Shown piece after piece: positions 22,401 through 32,994 of a stretch of 64,000 nt of DNA; positions within the stretch are counted from its first letter, which is position 1, and each line of letters starts with the position of its first letter. The notes below the pieces were generated by a model that was given only the letters and a program-made list of their open reading frames with translations, searched no databases and was not told the DNA's origin. This DNA comes from Flaccisagitta enflata (taxonomy: Eukaryota), in contig OZ231126.1 of the NCBI GenBank assembly GCA_965153355.1, forward strand, positions 34,472,001 through 34,536,000, written 5' to 3'. Both the position numbers and the translations under genes were made by a program.

Positions 22401-25060
22401 TATAAATGTAATTATAATTTTTGCAAATTCCTGTATACAGTGGCGCGGTGGAAGGGATCTCCTCGTTGCCACCCACTACTCCTTCGCAAGATGGGGTGGA
22501 GAATGTTCACGCTAACTTCGCGGAGGCCGAGGACAGCAACAGGTGAGGTTGATAAAGTTGAATGTTGGGCTGCGGCAACCGCCCACAAATCCCTGCCAAG
22601 TGCATCCTGGCTTTCACCTCCGCCACGATGCTTACATGTGCACGAAATGTGCGATCACAAATTAAAGAGGTTTTTTCGGTTTAAGTATCACCAACATCCA
22701 CTTTTCGGCGGTTGGCTACATGAAACACATGACGATGCTGAGAAGTTTTCCATGCAATTAAGAATTTCCATTTTTTTAGTTCACAACATAAAGTATTGAT
22801 TTCTTATTATATTATTAATTCAATCTCCAAAGCAACTAAGTTACAAAAGAGCAGTCATCATAAAACTACAGTTTGCAAATGAGATCAATGCTGACCATAA
22901 TTGCCATCATTTCCATTTCGATCTTCTCCTTTATGTTTTCTTTCTTCCTTTTCCTCCTCTTCTTCTTCTTCTTCTTCTTCTTCTTCTTCTTCTTCTTCTT
23001 CTTGCAGTCGACCCCCAGTGCCGCTGATGGGTTCCATCAAGAACACGACTGGCTGTGATCGGTTGCAACAACTCAAACAAAAGTATTGGCAGAGGATCCA
23101 AAACCTTGCGCAAACTTACGACTATGAACCAAAGACTCACGAAGTCGAACACGTCTGGTTGCGGCTGATGAAGGCCCCCAGGAACAAGGGAATTGCGGCA
23201 TTTTGGCACCACGTTTGCGACTTTAATTACGAGTGGTTGCAAATCCTCGACACTTACAAGGTATAACCATTGTTTGCTAGTTGGGTAATTCAAAAAACCC
23301 TTGTCAGTAGTGGGTAATTCAATAAACTCTTGTCAGTAGTGGAGTGATCCATGAACCTGTAAACAATGTGGCAACGAATGAATGAATGTTTTCTCAGATA
23401 ATCGAGGACATAGCGAAGCTCGCATTTCCAAAGGACGTGGAGTTGTGCCAGATGGACATCGAAGGGGACGTGGAGAAGTTGAAGAACCTGATGACCGACA
23501 CCGTGCGCGGATTTCCCTTCGACTCAAGCCAAGAATTTGGCATGAACGTCAACTTCAAAACTGAACTTACAAGGTTCATCCTACGTTATCCGACTCCAAT
23601 CATCAAATTAGCAAGCCATCCCGAGAGGGTAATTGTCGATGTAACCAATAGCAACATTGTAACAGTTATATCTCAATTATAACTGTTCCATTCCAATTTA
23701 ATCAATGGATAGATTGTAACAGTTATATATGTCCCCAAAACAATACACAAGCGCTGATTAATCGCTCTCTTTTTTACCCAAAAATTCCTTTCTCCATCAG
23801 AGTCCGATTGACGAGTTGCCCTTCCTCTTCATGACCGAATTACAGCCAATGTTGTTCAACGCCGTTTTCAAATACCACAACATCAAGGACGTCACTCTGC
23901 GAGACTTGGATCGAGATTACTACACCGAGGCACAAAACGATTTGGTCCGACTAATTCGCTTCCTTCTTCCGGTCGCGGCAAAACAGATGGGTTACCAGCT
24001 GTCACCTTACCCTACCCTCCCATTCTGGGCCGGCGTGGTTGTTTGGCGTTACGTGCTCTGGTATTACAACGCTCCCGAAATACCGGTTTGTCTTTGTGAG
24101 CTTACTGGAAATGTGAAATTGAAGGCAATTTTCAACAGAGACGTTGTAATACATAAAAAAAGCAGAATCATCGGATAGCCCGTAAAAATATGAAAACTTG
24201 TTTCCAACAGGGTCCGTTTCACAGCGTGGAGAATTTACCGCAGCCAAACGACGCCAAACCGTACTTGGCGTTGTATTTAAAGGAACTGAGCAAGATGATT
24301 CACTCCGTTGCGACTTGCATCGACGGCCGGGTGGCATCCCTCCTACATCCGCAGCATTTCAACGGCCATGAAGACACGGATGTCATGGTCAATGTTATAC
24401 ATTTTGCTCATTGAAATTTCTATTCTTATTCACTGAAATAACACATTGCTAAGAGATCGCTTTAAAGATCTATTGCTAAACATGTGATTTACCCTTCCAT
24501 TTGCAGGTACGCTCAATACTGACAATCTACATGATGGCGTACATGAGGAACTACCACCACGTCCTCGATCCCCGCACCGAGAAAATTAGCGCGGAAATGG
24601 ATGCAGTGTGGGAATTTTGGGAGAGGTAAACATTCCCGCTTATATGACATATATGAATTTAAAAAAAAAATCAAATGAAACGAAAAAAAAAAATATAAGA
24701 AATATAATTTATTTTTTCAGCATCGCCATCAAAATTGGGAACAAAGCTCGCCGAAATCGTCAAAGCCATCGAATGGATTGCATGAGGAAGGATCCCAGCT
24801 ACAAAGATTTGTGCGTGGAAGTCGAACACAAGACCATCCTTGACGCTCATCAGAAATGCCGCGAGGAGCTGTTAGACGCTGCCCGGGAGTATCGAGTGGA
24901 CCACGGAATGTTCGACTTCGAGGCCAGCGCAGTCTACAAACACTGCAAAGACTTGTGCCGAGAGCTGCGACGGGTGGATGACCCCTCCGCGGATATCCCC
25001 AGCGACGGAGACGAACAGGAGGACAAGGAGAATAACGTGGTTTCTGCTCAAATTCTGTGA
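16420..25060 (+). CDS. Transposon cargo gene B: 22 exons, 1399 aa, unknown function (positional analogue of TnpA)
   Basis: Exons 16420-16765, 16967-17248, 17368-17480, 17657-17898, 18011-18277, 18547-18738, 18833-19099, 20535-20660, 20748-20855, 20959-21096, 21330-21434, 21557-21739, 21827-21910, 22010-22174, 22267-22341, 22441-22542, 23008-23260, 23398-23628, 23801-24085, 24211-24387, 24507-24625, 24721-25060. All GT-AG and phase-consistent, 4200 nt with no internal stop. Confidence 0.78.
19170..19316. mobile_element. Small palindromic MITE-like hairpin in intron 7 of gene B
   Basis: TA|CAGTAATATGGATGGCCATTCATTATCTTAGGATGTCTGTTTCCCGATTATATC ... GATATAATCGGGAAACGGACATCATAAGATAATAAATGGCCATCCATATTA. 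The right terminus is degenerate. Confidence 0.65.
19460..19738. repeat. 13-bp tandem array (TATAAAGGTCAAA), about 21 copies
   Basis: Perfect tandem repeats seen directly. Confidence 0.95.
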
Positions 25061-25132
25061 TTAATTTGTCCCGTTCTTTCGTCAACGTCGTCAAAGCTTT
25101 TTTTGCTTTTTTTTACAAACAGTTTCGGGAAA

Positions 25133-25607
25133 ATGAGCTCCACCGGGGAAACTGATGAGTCCGAGGACGACTATACCGACCTAATATTAAGCGCCGAAAG
25201 GCTGTATAGACTAGTGCATAACAAACGTAAACGCGGCGAAGCCCGTTTAAACGTAAACAAAATCAACAAAATTGTCTTGCAGACACTGAACGATATCATT
25301 GACAGCATTACGGCAGGTAAGATAGTGTGTATTTCCAACAAATTAAATCCCCTATGATAACCGCCTGCCCAAAATTTATTTTTTTAAGTTAACACCCCCC
25401 CCCTCCAATTTTAAAGCTGAGCGTGAAACATCGCAAACCCAGAGTACAACCTCTGATCACCCCGACCATGGCGACTCATCGGACTCGTCCTTTTCCTCGT
25501 GTTGGACTATACCCCGAAAAAGACAACGTTATTCCCGCGCGTTTGCAGCTGCTCCTCGTTCTTCATCTTCTTCATCATCGCCCCCATCCCCCAGATTAGC
25601 TTGTTGA
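25133..25607 (+). CDS. Transposon cargo gene C: 2 exons (25133-25316, 25417-25607), 124 aa, unknown function
   Basis: MSSTGETDESEDDYTDLILSAERLYRLVHNKRKRGEARL... GCAG|gtaag donor and ttaaag| acceptor, phase 1. Contains a KRKR basic cluster. Confidence 0.55.
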
Positions 25608-25977
25608 TTTACCAGTTGTTTCATTTGGCCCCTTCGTTGATGAACGGTCGAGTATCCGCTAGATGACTTTGTAAAAAAGGAAAAGATCCGTCTTTGATTT
25701 CCTACACACTAGCCCTAAAAAGGTGTAGAAAAAGAATATAAACTTTAATTTAGCTTAAAGCGAGCGCAGAAAAATTATAAACATGATTTAAAAAGAAAAA
25801 ATGATGTTAGTATGGTTTCAGCAATTTGCATATTGCAGTAATTTTTTTTCTTGTTATAATTCATCCAATATTCATCATTTCAGCGTAACAAAATTTTGGT
25901 AAGTATATTCATAAAAAATGGAAAAATCACATTAGGTCTTTCAATTCTTTTTTCTAATATCAAGTTTGATCTTTTCA

Positions 25978-26187
25978 ATTGTTTTAGTTTTGCATTTAGC
26001 TGTTTTAGTTTTGCATTTAGCTGTTTTAGTTTTAGCTGTTTTAGTTTTAGCTGTTTTAGTTTTAGCTGTTTTAGTTTTAGCTGTTTTAGTTTTAGCTGTT
26101 TTAGTTTTAGCTGTTTTAGTTTTTAGCTGTTTTAGTTTTAGCTGTTTTAGTTTTGCATTTAGCTGTTTTAGTTTTGCATTTAGCTGT
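25978..26187. repeat. (TTTTAGCTGTTTTAG)n-type minisatellite inside a probable degenerate inverted-repeat element (about 25660-26430)
   Basis: Tandem repeat seen directly. Flanks CTAAAAAGGTGTAGAAAAAGAATAT / ATATTCTTCACCTACACCTTTTT are inverted and resemble 50365-50605. Confidence 0.8.
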
Positions 26188-26860
26188 CTAAACGTCAACC
26201 AAATTTCATGAAATTGAAAAAAACAAGCTCAGCAGATCATTATTTAACAAAAACAGGGCATAATTTTTTTTCAGAGTTCCCCAAAAAAATTTTTAGCCCA
26301 AAAAAACGTTTCTAATTATATAATAGATTGGAAAGAAGTTGATATTCTTCACCTACACCTTTTTTAAGACTAGTATGGTAAAAACTCCACACGGTTTTTT
26401 TTTTTTGGTTTACAAACGTTTTTAGCCAAGCAGATAATAAACTGTGAATTAACAAGTGGAGCCCAATGCTTAGATCTTTCGATTTACATTTCCATTTTTT
26501 TTTTGGATTTTTCGAATAAATTGGCCACTTGGCCTTATCATTTCCAGTTATATGTATGTTTCAAGTTGCATGATATGATGAACGATGTTTTAGCAGTCAC
26601 AATTATTATTTCTATGCCATTGTCGGTGAACGTTAAAATGTTAAAATGTTTTTTGGTTCCCATTCACCGGTTTAACGGTGGGAACCAGTATTAGATAGAA
26701 AATATAACTGAAATTGTGATCTGTGATATTGAGAAACGTTTACGTGTTTTTGATTTTTTAGTAAATATATCCCATACAAATGTGATAGACAAAGAAATGT
26801 GATAAAAGTTCTCATGAGCCATTGAAAGTTTATTTTTCTGTTAGTATCCAGATTTCCATC

Positions 26861-27562
26861 ATGGCATACTATGCCAAAAGTGTAATCGTTGAGATGACGC
26901 CATTGACGGGAGAACCTGAATTCTCCATCCTCAGCTTTAGTCAGCTGGAGGAGTTTGCTGAACAATGGCGATGCTGCATTTGCCTCCGAGACCCCCACGA
27001 CGCGCATATATGCCCAAAATGCACCACAATTTTTGGCAAAGGCTGCCTGTACACAGCGTACAACGTCTTCGACGCCACCTCATGTCCACATTGCCGGTAG
27101 CTGCTGAAATGTTGCTTGTTTACTGTGTGTAATTATTGTGAAATAACAAATAGAATGTTGGAGTAAATGTGATATGCAATTTCCTTCCACAGCAGGGACG
27201 TTGCGCTTGACACTTTCGTCCGCACGCCGCAAATCGACATCATTGCGAAGATGATAAGACGTGCGCTTCCATTGCCGAAAAAGTGCAGCAAACATCCAAG
27301 CAAATATGTGCAATATGTTTGCCACACATGCAGCAAGTGTGTGTGCGGGATATGCTGCAGGTCAGTTGTCATTGCTCATTGTAACATGCCACGACAGTAT
27401 AAGTATAATTTACGGCTCTTTTATATAACTTTGATATTAATATTGATATTGGCGTCTTCTTTTCTTAACAGTGACGATCACTCAACCGATGACCACAACG
27501 TCAACAAACTTCCGGCGTACAAATTCGCCCAGCACGAAAATTCACAAATAATCCAGGAGTAA
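26861..27562 (+). CDS. Cargo gene D1: mini-TRIM (TRIM37-like RING + B-box 2), 3 exons (26861-27096, 27196-27360, 27472-27562), about 163 aa
   Basis: RING: FAEQWRCCICLRDPHDAHICPKCTTIFGKGC...SCPHCR. B-box: CSKH..YVCHTCSKCVCGICCSDDHSTDDH. Both introns are phase 2. Confidence 0.85.
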
Positions 27563-27732
27563 AGATCGACATCGAAAATTTTATAAAAAGCGAAACTGTG
27601 ATGTGCGTGTTATAACGTCCTATGTATACATGTTTCAAGTTTTCATATCGCATTGGACAATGTGTTATTCATCCAGATTGAACATCTCGACTTTCGACTT
27701 TCATAAAAATTACAAACAGTACTTTAATAGAC

Positions 27733-28452
27733 ATGACTACATTTCCCGAATTCATCGTCAGCACTTTCGATGACGTTGAAAAATTAAAGGCGGAATTCCG
27801 CTGCCTAATATGTTTGGGCGACCCAACGGATCCGCACGTTTGCCCACACTGCTCTGGCATTTTTGGCCGTAATTGTTTGCAGGTCGCTTTTAACCAATTC
27901 AACGCCACTTCATGTCCACATTGCAGGTAACGGCCTCAATATCTCCTTTTTGTTTATTGGTCTGAGGAACGAGTTTGTGAGTTATTCTCTTTAAGACACA
28001 AATTGTCTTTTTACTAAATATGATCGGCAATTTTCATCCACAGGACGGCCGTTGGGCTCGATGCTTACGTGCAGTCGCCGTTCGTTGAAGGTATTTTGGC
28101 GAGTTTTCGAAGCGCGCTGCCATTACCACAAACATGCGCCATCCATCCGGAGAAATACGTTCAAGTATTTTGCGCAGCTTGCGACAAGAGCGCGTGCGAT
28201 CAATGCTGGACGTGAGTTGAATTTTACTGTTTTATACTTATTCATTGTTTTGTGAAGATATCATGTCCGATTCTGTTTATTGAATTTGATGTACCTGTTA
28301 TATTGCTCAATAATGGTATTCGTGTCTTTTATTTTGTTCCCAGTGATCAGCACTTGGACCACCAGGTTACTGCAGTTCCGGCGCACACCTTCGCTCAATA
28401 CGCCAATTCCATTGTGAATTACAACATCGCCATGCACGGTCGCAGTGACTAA
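27733..28452 (+). CDS. Cargo gene D2: paralogous mini-TRIM (TRIM37-like RING + B-box 2), 3 exons (27733-27926, 28044-28211, 28344-28452), 156 aa
   Basis: RING: LKAEFRCLICLGDPTDPHVCPHCSGIFGRNC...SCPHCR. B-box: CAIHPEKYVQVFCAACDKSACDQCWTDQHLDH. Same intron positions as D1. Confidence 0.85.
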
Positions 28453-28934
28453 ACGCAGCGTCATTAGCCGATTGCGGAGCGACATTTCTGCGACATTTCT
28501 GCACCGTTGCTTCAACACATGTTGTTATTTTTAGTAAATGTACGTCAGCTTTAGTTGTTAATTAGCGGTTGTTATAGTGACGAAGTCCAGTATTTATTTG
28601 TTTTCATTCATTCATCAGCTTTTGCGCTTTACAATTGATTGTTATTGTTGACATTGATATATAATTGGAGGCGAGTTTCCGTTCTGTTGCTTGATTCATG
28701 AAAAATAAAAATCGAAAAAGCATACTGTAAGAAAAATTCTTTAGCTTTGGGACACATCTGATCTGATTGTTACATCCCTCTTGTTTACATCCCAGAAACA
28801 GCTCGGTATTTTGTTTGAAATATGTAACAATCATGGAAAATGTTAGACAGTACATACCCCTTAAACAATACTCGCGTACTCATTAAAGGCTGTAAATGTC
28901 TCAGTCGTTATATGTGTCCCAACGCAAAGAAACA

Positions 28935-28979
28935 GGTTGCGTCGCTGTTTGAGACTTTTTCTCAAACAGCGACGCAACC
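28935..28979. repeat. Perfect 20-bp-stem hairpin just inside the right subterminal region
   Basis: GGTTGCGTCGCTGTTTGAGA-CTTTT-TCTCAAACAGCGACGCAACC. Confidence 0.9.
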
Positions 28980-29938
28980 CGTATTTTTTTTAAAAAATTT
29001 TCAAAAATTATATTTTTGATATAACTTTTTTGTTATATTTTCAAATATAACTTTTTTTAATTATAATTGTCATATAACCCCGTGGATGTTTCTGGCCTTG
29101 GTTATATCGATTATATCAAAAAGGTACCCTCACATGCATATCTTCAGCTAGCATGCAAAAAAAAAAAAAATCTTTGAGGGTGGCAAAAAAAAAGTGATTT
29201 CTATGTAAAATTGCATCAGGAATCCATTTTTGATGTTTTTAGGGCCCTACAAGGGGGCCCCTAGAAACGCACCAAAAAAAACAGCCAAAAATAGCCTATT
29301 CTGGCTATTTTTGTTGAAAATTTTTTGCTTAATGAGACCCCAACCCCCAAATTTTTTTGGTGGTAATACTTCTTGATGTAAGAGACTGAAAAAAAATATG
29401 ATCATCATGGTAAGTGATGGTTGGGGTACCTAAAAAGGTCCAAAAAGGGCCCGTAAAACATAAAAAAAAAACCAATTTTTGAGTTTTCTTACATGAAAAC
29501 ACTATTTCAAGGTCCCTGAATCCAATTTTTTTTTTGAAAATGGTTAGTCCTGCATCTTGGGAGATCCCAGAAAAAATTTCAGCAGATATTTCCAAAAAAT
29601 GGCCGAGTTAATACGGTTCAAAATGACCTGGTAAATATAAAAAAACACAATTTTGTAACTTCAAGGCTGTAGTACTGAAAAATCATACTAAAAATACCTG
29701 GAAAATAGACATATTAAAAAGAAAATGCATGGAGAATCCATTACTGGTGGTTTGGGGGCTCTATAAGGGGGCCCTTGGAAACACCCCCCCAAAAAAAGCT
29801 AAAAATGACCTATTTTGGCTTTTTTTTGTAAAAATTTCTTGTTCAAAGAGACCCAATCCTTCCAAATTTTTTTGGGCTATACTTCTTGATGTAAGAGGCT
29901 GATGGAAAGAGAATCATGATGGTAGGTGATGGTTGGGG

Positions 29939-32622
29939 CTGGGCCGGAACAACCGAGTGCGGGGCCCTAGGCACTTGAGGTAGCGGGGCCCCCCACTAGA
30001 TGCAACATGTTGCAAGGTTGAAGCAAATATATGATTGAGGCAAAATATTTGTATTGCTTTTTAGTCGCGTGCTACGCGACTCTACACCCCGCTATGTCGG
30101 TCTGTCGGTCCGTTGGTCGGTTGGTCCCCTTTTCACTTTTTTGGCGTTTTTAAGCTTTTTGAGAATACCTTTTCTGCCCAGAGGCCCTAATGACCTTCTC
30201 CAGCACTGCTCCTGCCCACCCACACGCGACTAAGGTAGCCGTGTATCCGGCCTTGTTGTAATTAAGATAAAGCCATAGCTGTTTGATCAAGAATTCTAAC
30301 ACCCAATGCAAAAACTCTACAACCGGCTCCGTCGGTCGGTTGGTCTGTCGGTTGGTCCGTCGGTCGGTCCGTCAGTCGGTCGGTTACACTTAGCTTTTTT
30401 GCGTCGTTTTTGGTCATTTTGGGTCGTCTGAAGTTTTTTTAAGTCATTTTTGAGTTGTTTTTTTGGTCATTTTTGGTTGCTTTTAGTCATTTTTGGTCAT
30501 TTTTGATCATTTACGTCACTCAGTCGGTCTGTTTGTCCGTCCGTCAGTTGGTAACACTTTGCTTTTTTGCGTTGTTTTTGGTCATTTTTGGTCGTCTGGG
30601 GTTATTTTGAGTCATTTTTTTTTTTTGTTTTTGATCATCTTTGGTTGCTTTTTGTTATTTTTGGTGACTTTTGATCATTTACGTCACTTTGTTCATTTAA
30701 GTCATTTGTGTCGTTTTTGGGCATTTAAAGTGGTTTTAAGTCATTTTAGGTCACTTTGGGACATTTCGGGTCATTTTTGTTCATTTAACATGGTTTTTTG
30801 GTATGTTTTGGTCATTTATGTTTTTTAGTTTTTTGGTTTTTTGTTTTTTTGTTTTTTTGTTTTTTGGTTTTTGGTTGATTTTTGATCATTTTTTTTGATC
30901 ATATACTACCTAGGAAAAAAGTATATCTACACCTGGGATACAATATGATTTAGTGACCTAATATTCATTTAATCATTATACAAAAAGTATTAATATATAA
31001 AATAACTTGTCTTTTAACTAAAAATTCTTATCAAAGTTTTGGGAAGCAATATCTAAAGCCATTCTAACTTATTATAAAGGATATGGTGTTAACACTCATA
31101 GGCAAATTTATAATATAGGAAGAAGTTTATAATTATATCTGCCATTTCCAAACGTACAAAAATACAGAAACCAGAATGAGTTCATCTTCTAGATTTCTTC
31201 ATATAGATAATTTTGCTTTTTTGAAAAATGTACTAGCTGCTCTAGAAGTGGAGATATGTCGATTTAAAGCTGTCTATAATTTCTGCATTCTGCTGTCTTT
31301 TATATTTTCTTGATTTTGAAAATGAACGTCTTTTACATTTTTGCTTGTAATTTCTAAACGGTTTAAGATACACCGACCAGATTGAACTCATTTTGAAGAT
31401 TTTTTGATGACGTTTAATTTGTTTTTTTAAAAATCTATCTAGCATTTCTAGAAGCGGAGATATCCTTAGTAGAAGGTGTAGATATACTTTTTTCCTAGAT
31501 AGTAACATGGTTTTTTGCTTTGTTTTGGTCATTTGTGTTTTTCATTTTTTTTTTTTTGAGTTTTTGTTTTTTTGTTTGTTGGTTTTTTTGTTTTTTTTGT
31601 TTTTTTTGTTTTTTGGTTTTTGTTTTATTGGTTTTTGTTTTTTTTTTGTTTTTTGGTCTGCTGGTTTAAGTCTGCTGGTTTAAGTCTGCTGGTTAAAGTC
31701 TGCTGGTTAAAGTCTGCTGGTTAAAGTCTGCTGGTTAAAGTCTGCTGGTTAAAGTCTGCTGGTTAAAGTCTGCTGGTTAAAGTCTGCTGGTTTAAGTCTG
31801 CTGGTTTAAGTCTGCTGGTTTAAGCCTGCGGGTTTAAGTCTGCTGGTTTAAGCCTGCTGGTTTAAGTCTGCTGGTTTAAGTCTGCTGGTTTAAGTCTGCT
31901 GGTTTAAGTCTGCTGGTTTAAGTCTGCTGGTTTAAGTCTACTGGTTTAAGTCTGCTTGTTTAAGTCTGCTGGTCATTTTATTCATTTCGTATATTTCTCC
32001 CTATTCAGTCATGTTGTTTAAAAAGATACAATAAGGAGTCAGGTCAATTCAGTTGTTTATGTCTCGCACGCAACTTATAGGTGTTGGCCTTGTTTTGAGA
32101 GAAAACAAAGTAGCAATGAGTGCAGATTTCTCTAGAGAAAAAACAAGGCCGGATACACGGCTACCCCAGTCGCGTGTGGGTGGGCAGGGGCTGTAATTGA
32201 GGTCAATGCATCATTTGGGCAGGAGCAGTGAAGCCAGAGACTGCAAAAACCCAAAAAAAGTAAAGTGTGACGGACGGACCGACGGACGGACGGACGGACC
32301 GACGGACGGACCGACGGACCAACAAAGCGGGGTGTAGAGTCGCGTAGCACGCGACTAAAAATCTCATTCCTTTCCTCTGTTTCTTTTTTTTTCCTTTCTT
32401 CTTTTCCTTTCTTCTTTTTCTTTTTCTTTTTCTTTTTTTTTTTTCTTCCCCTTTTTCTTCCCTCTTTTCTTCCCCTTTTTCTTCCTCTTTCCCTTCTCCT
32501 TTTTTTCTTTTCCCCTTCTTTCTTTCTCCCTCTTTTTCTCCTTTCCCCCTGAGGCGCGGGGCCCCTCTTAGGCGCGGGGCCCTAGGCAGTGCCTATTGTG
32601 CCTATAGGTTGTTCCGGCCCAG
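29939..32622. mobile_element. hAT-type non-autonomous element nested in the fold-back element
   Basis: TIRs CTGGGCCGGAACAACC / GGTTGTTCCGGCCCAG. Perfect 8-bp TSD GGTTGGGG. Subterminal GCGGGGCCC repeats. Confidence 0.85.
31656..31972. repeat. 14-bp minisatellite (GTCTGCTGGTTWAA)n
   Basis: Seen directly. Confidence 0.95.
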
Positions 32623-32943
32623 GGTTGGGGTACCTAAAAAGGCCCAAAAAGGGCCCGTAAAACATAAAGAAATCATTTTTTTATTCACTGCGCGTCCGAA
32701 AATGCTTGGATTCCTAAAAAATTTGAAATGGAAATTCTCATTTCATGTAAATAGCTTCCTGCAAAATATTTGGTCACTTTTGAACAGCTTCATGGTAAAA
32801 TTATGCTCAAACAAAATTCGCCCCAAAAAGGGCCCCTAAAACCATTACTCTTGGGTCTGATATAGTGGGTTACAACTATACAGACAGAAAGGAATCTCAT
32901 AATAGGGGGAGGGATGTAAATGGAAAGAGGGCAGTGAGTGACA

Positions 32944-32994
<51 letters not shown>

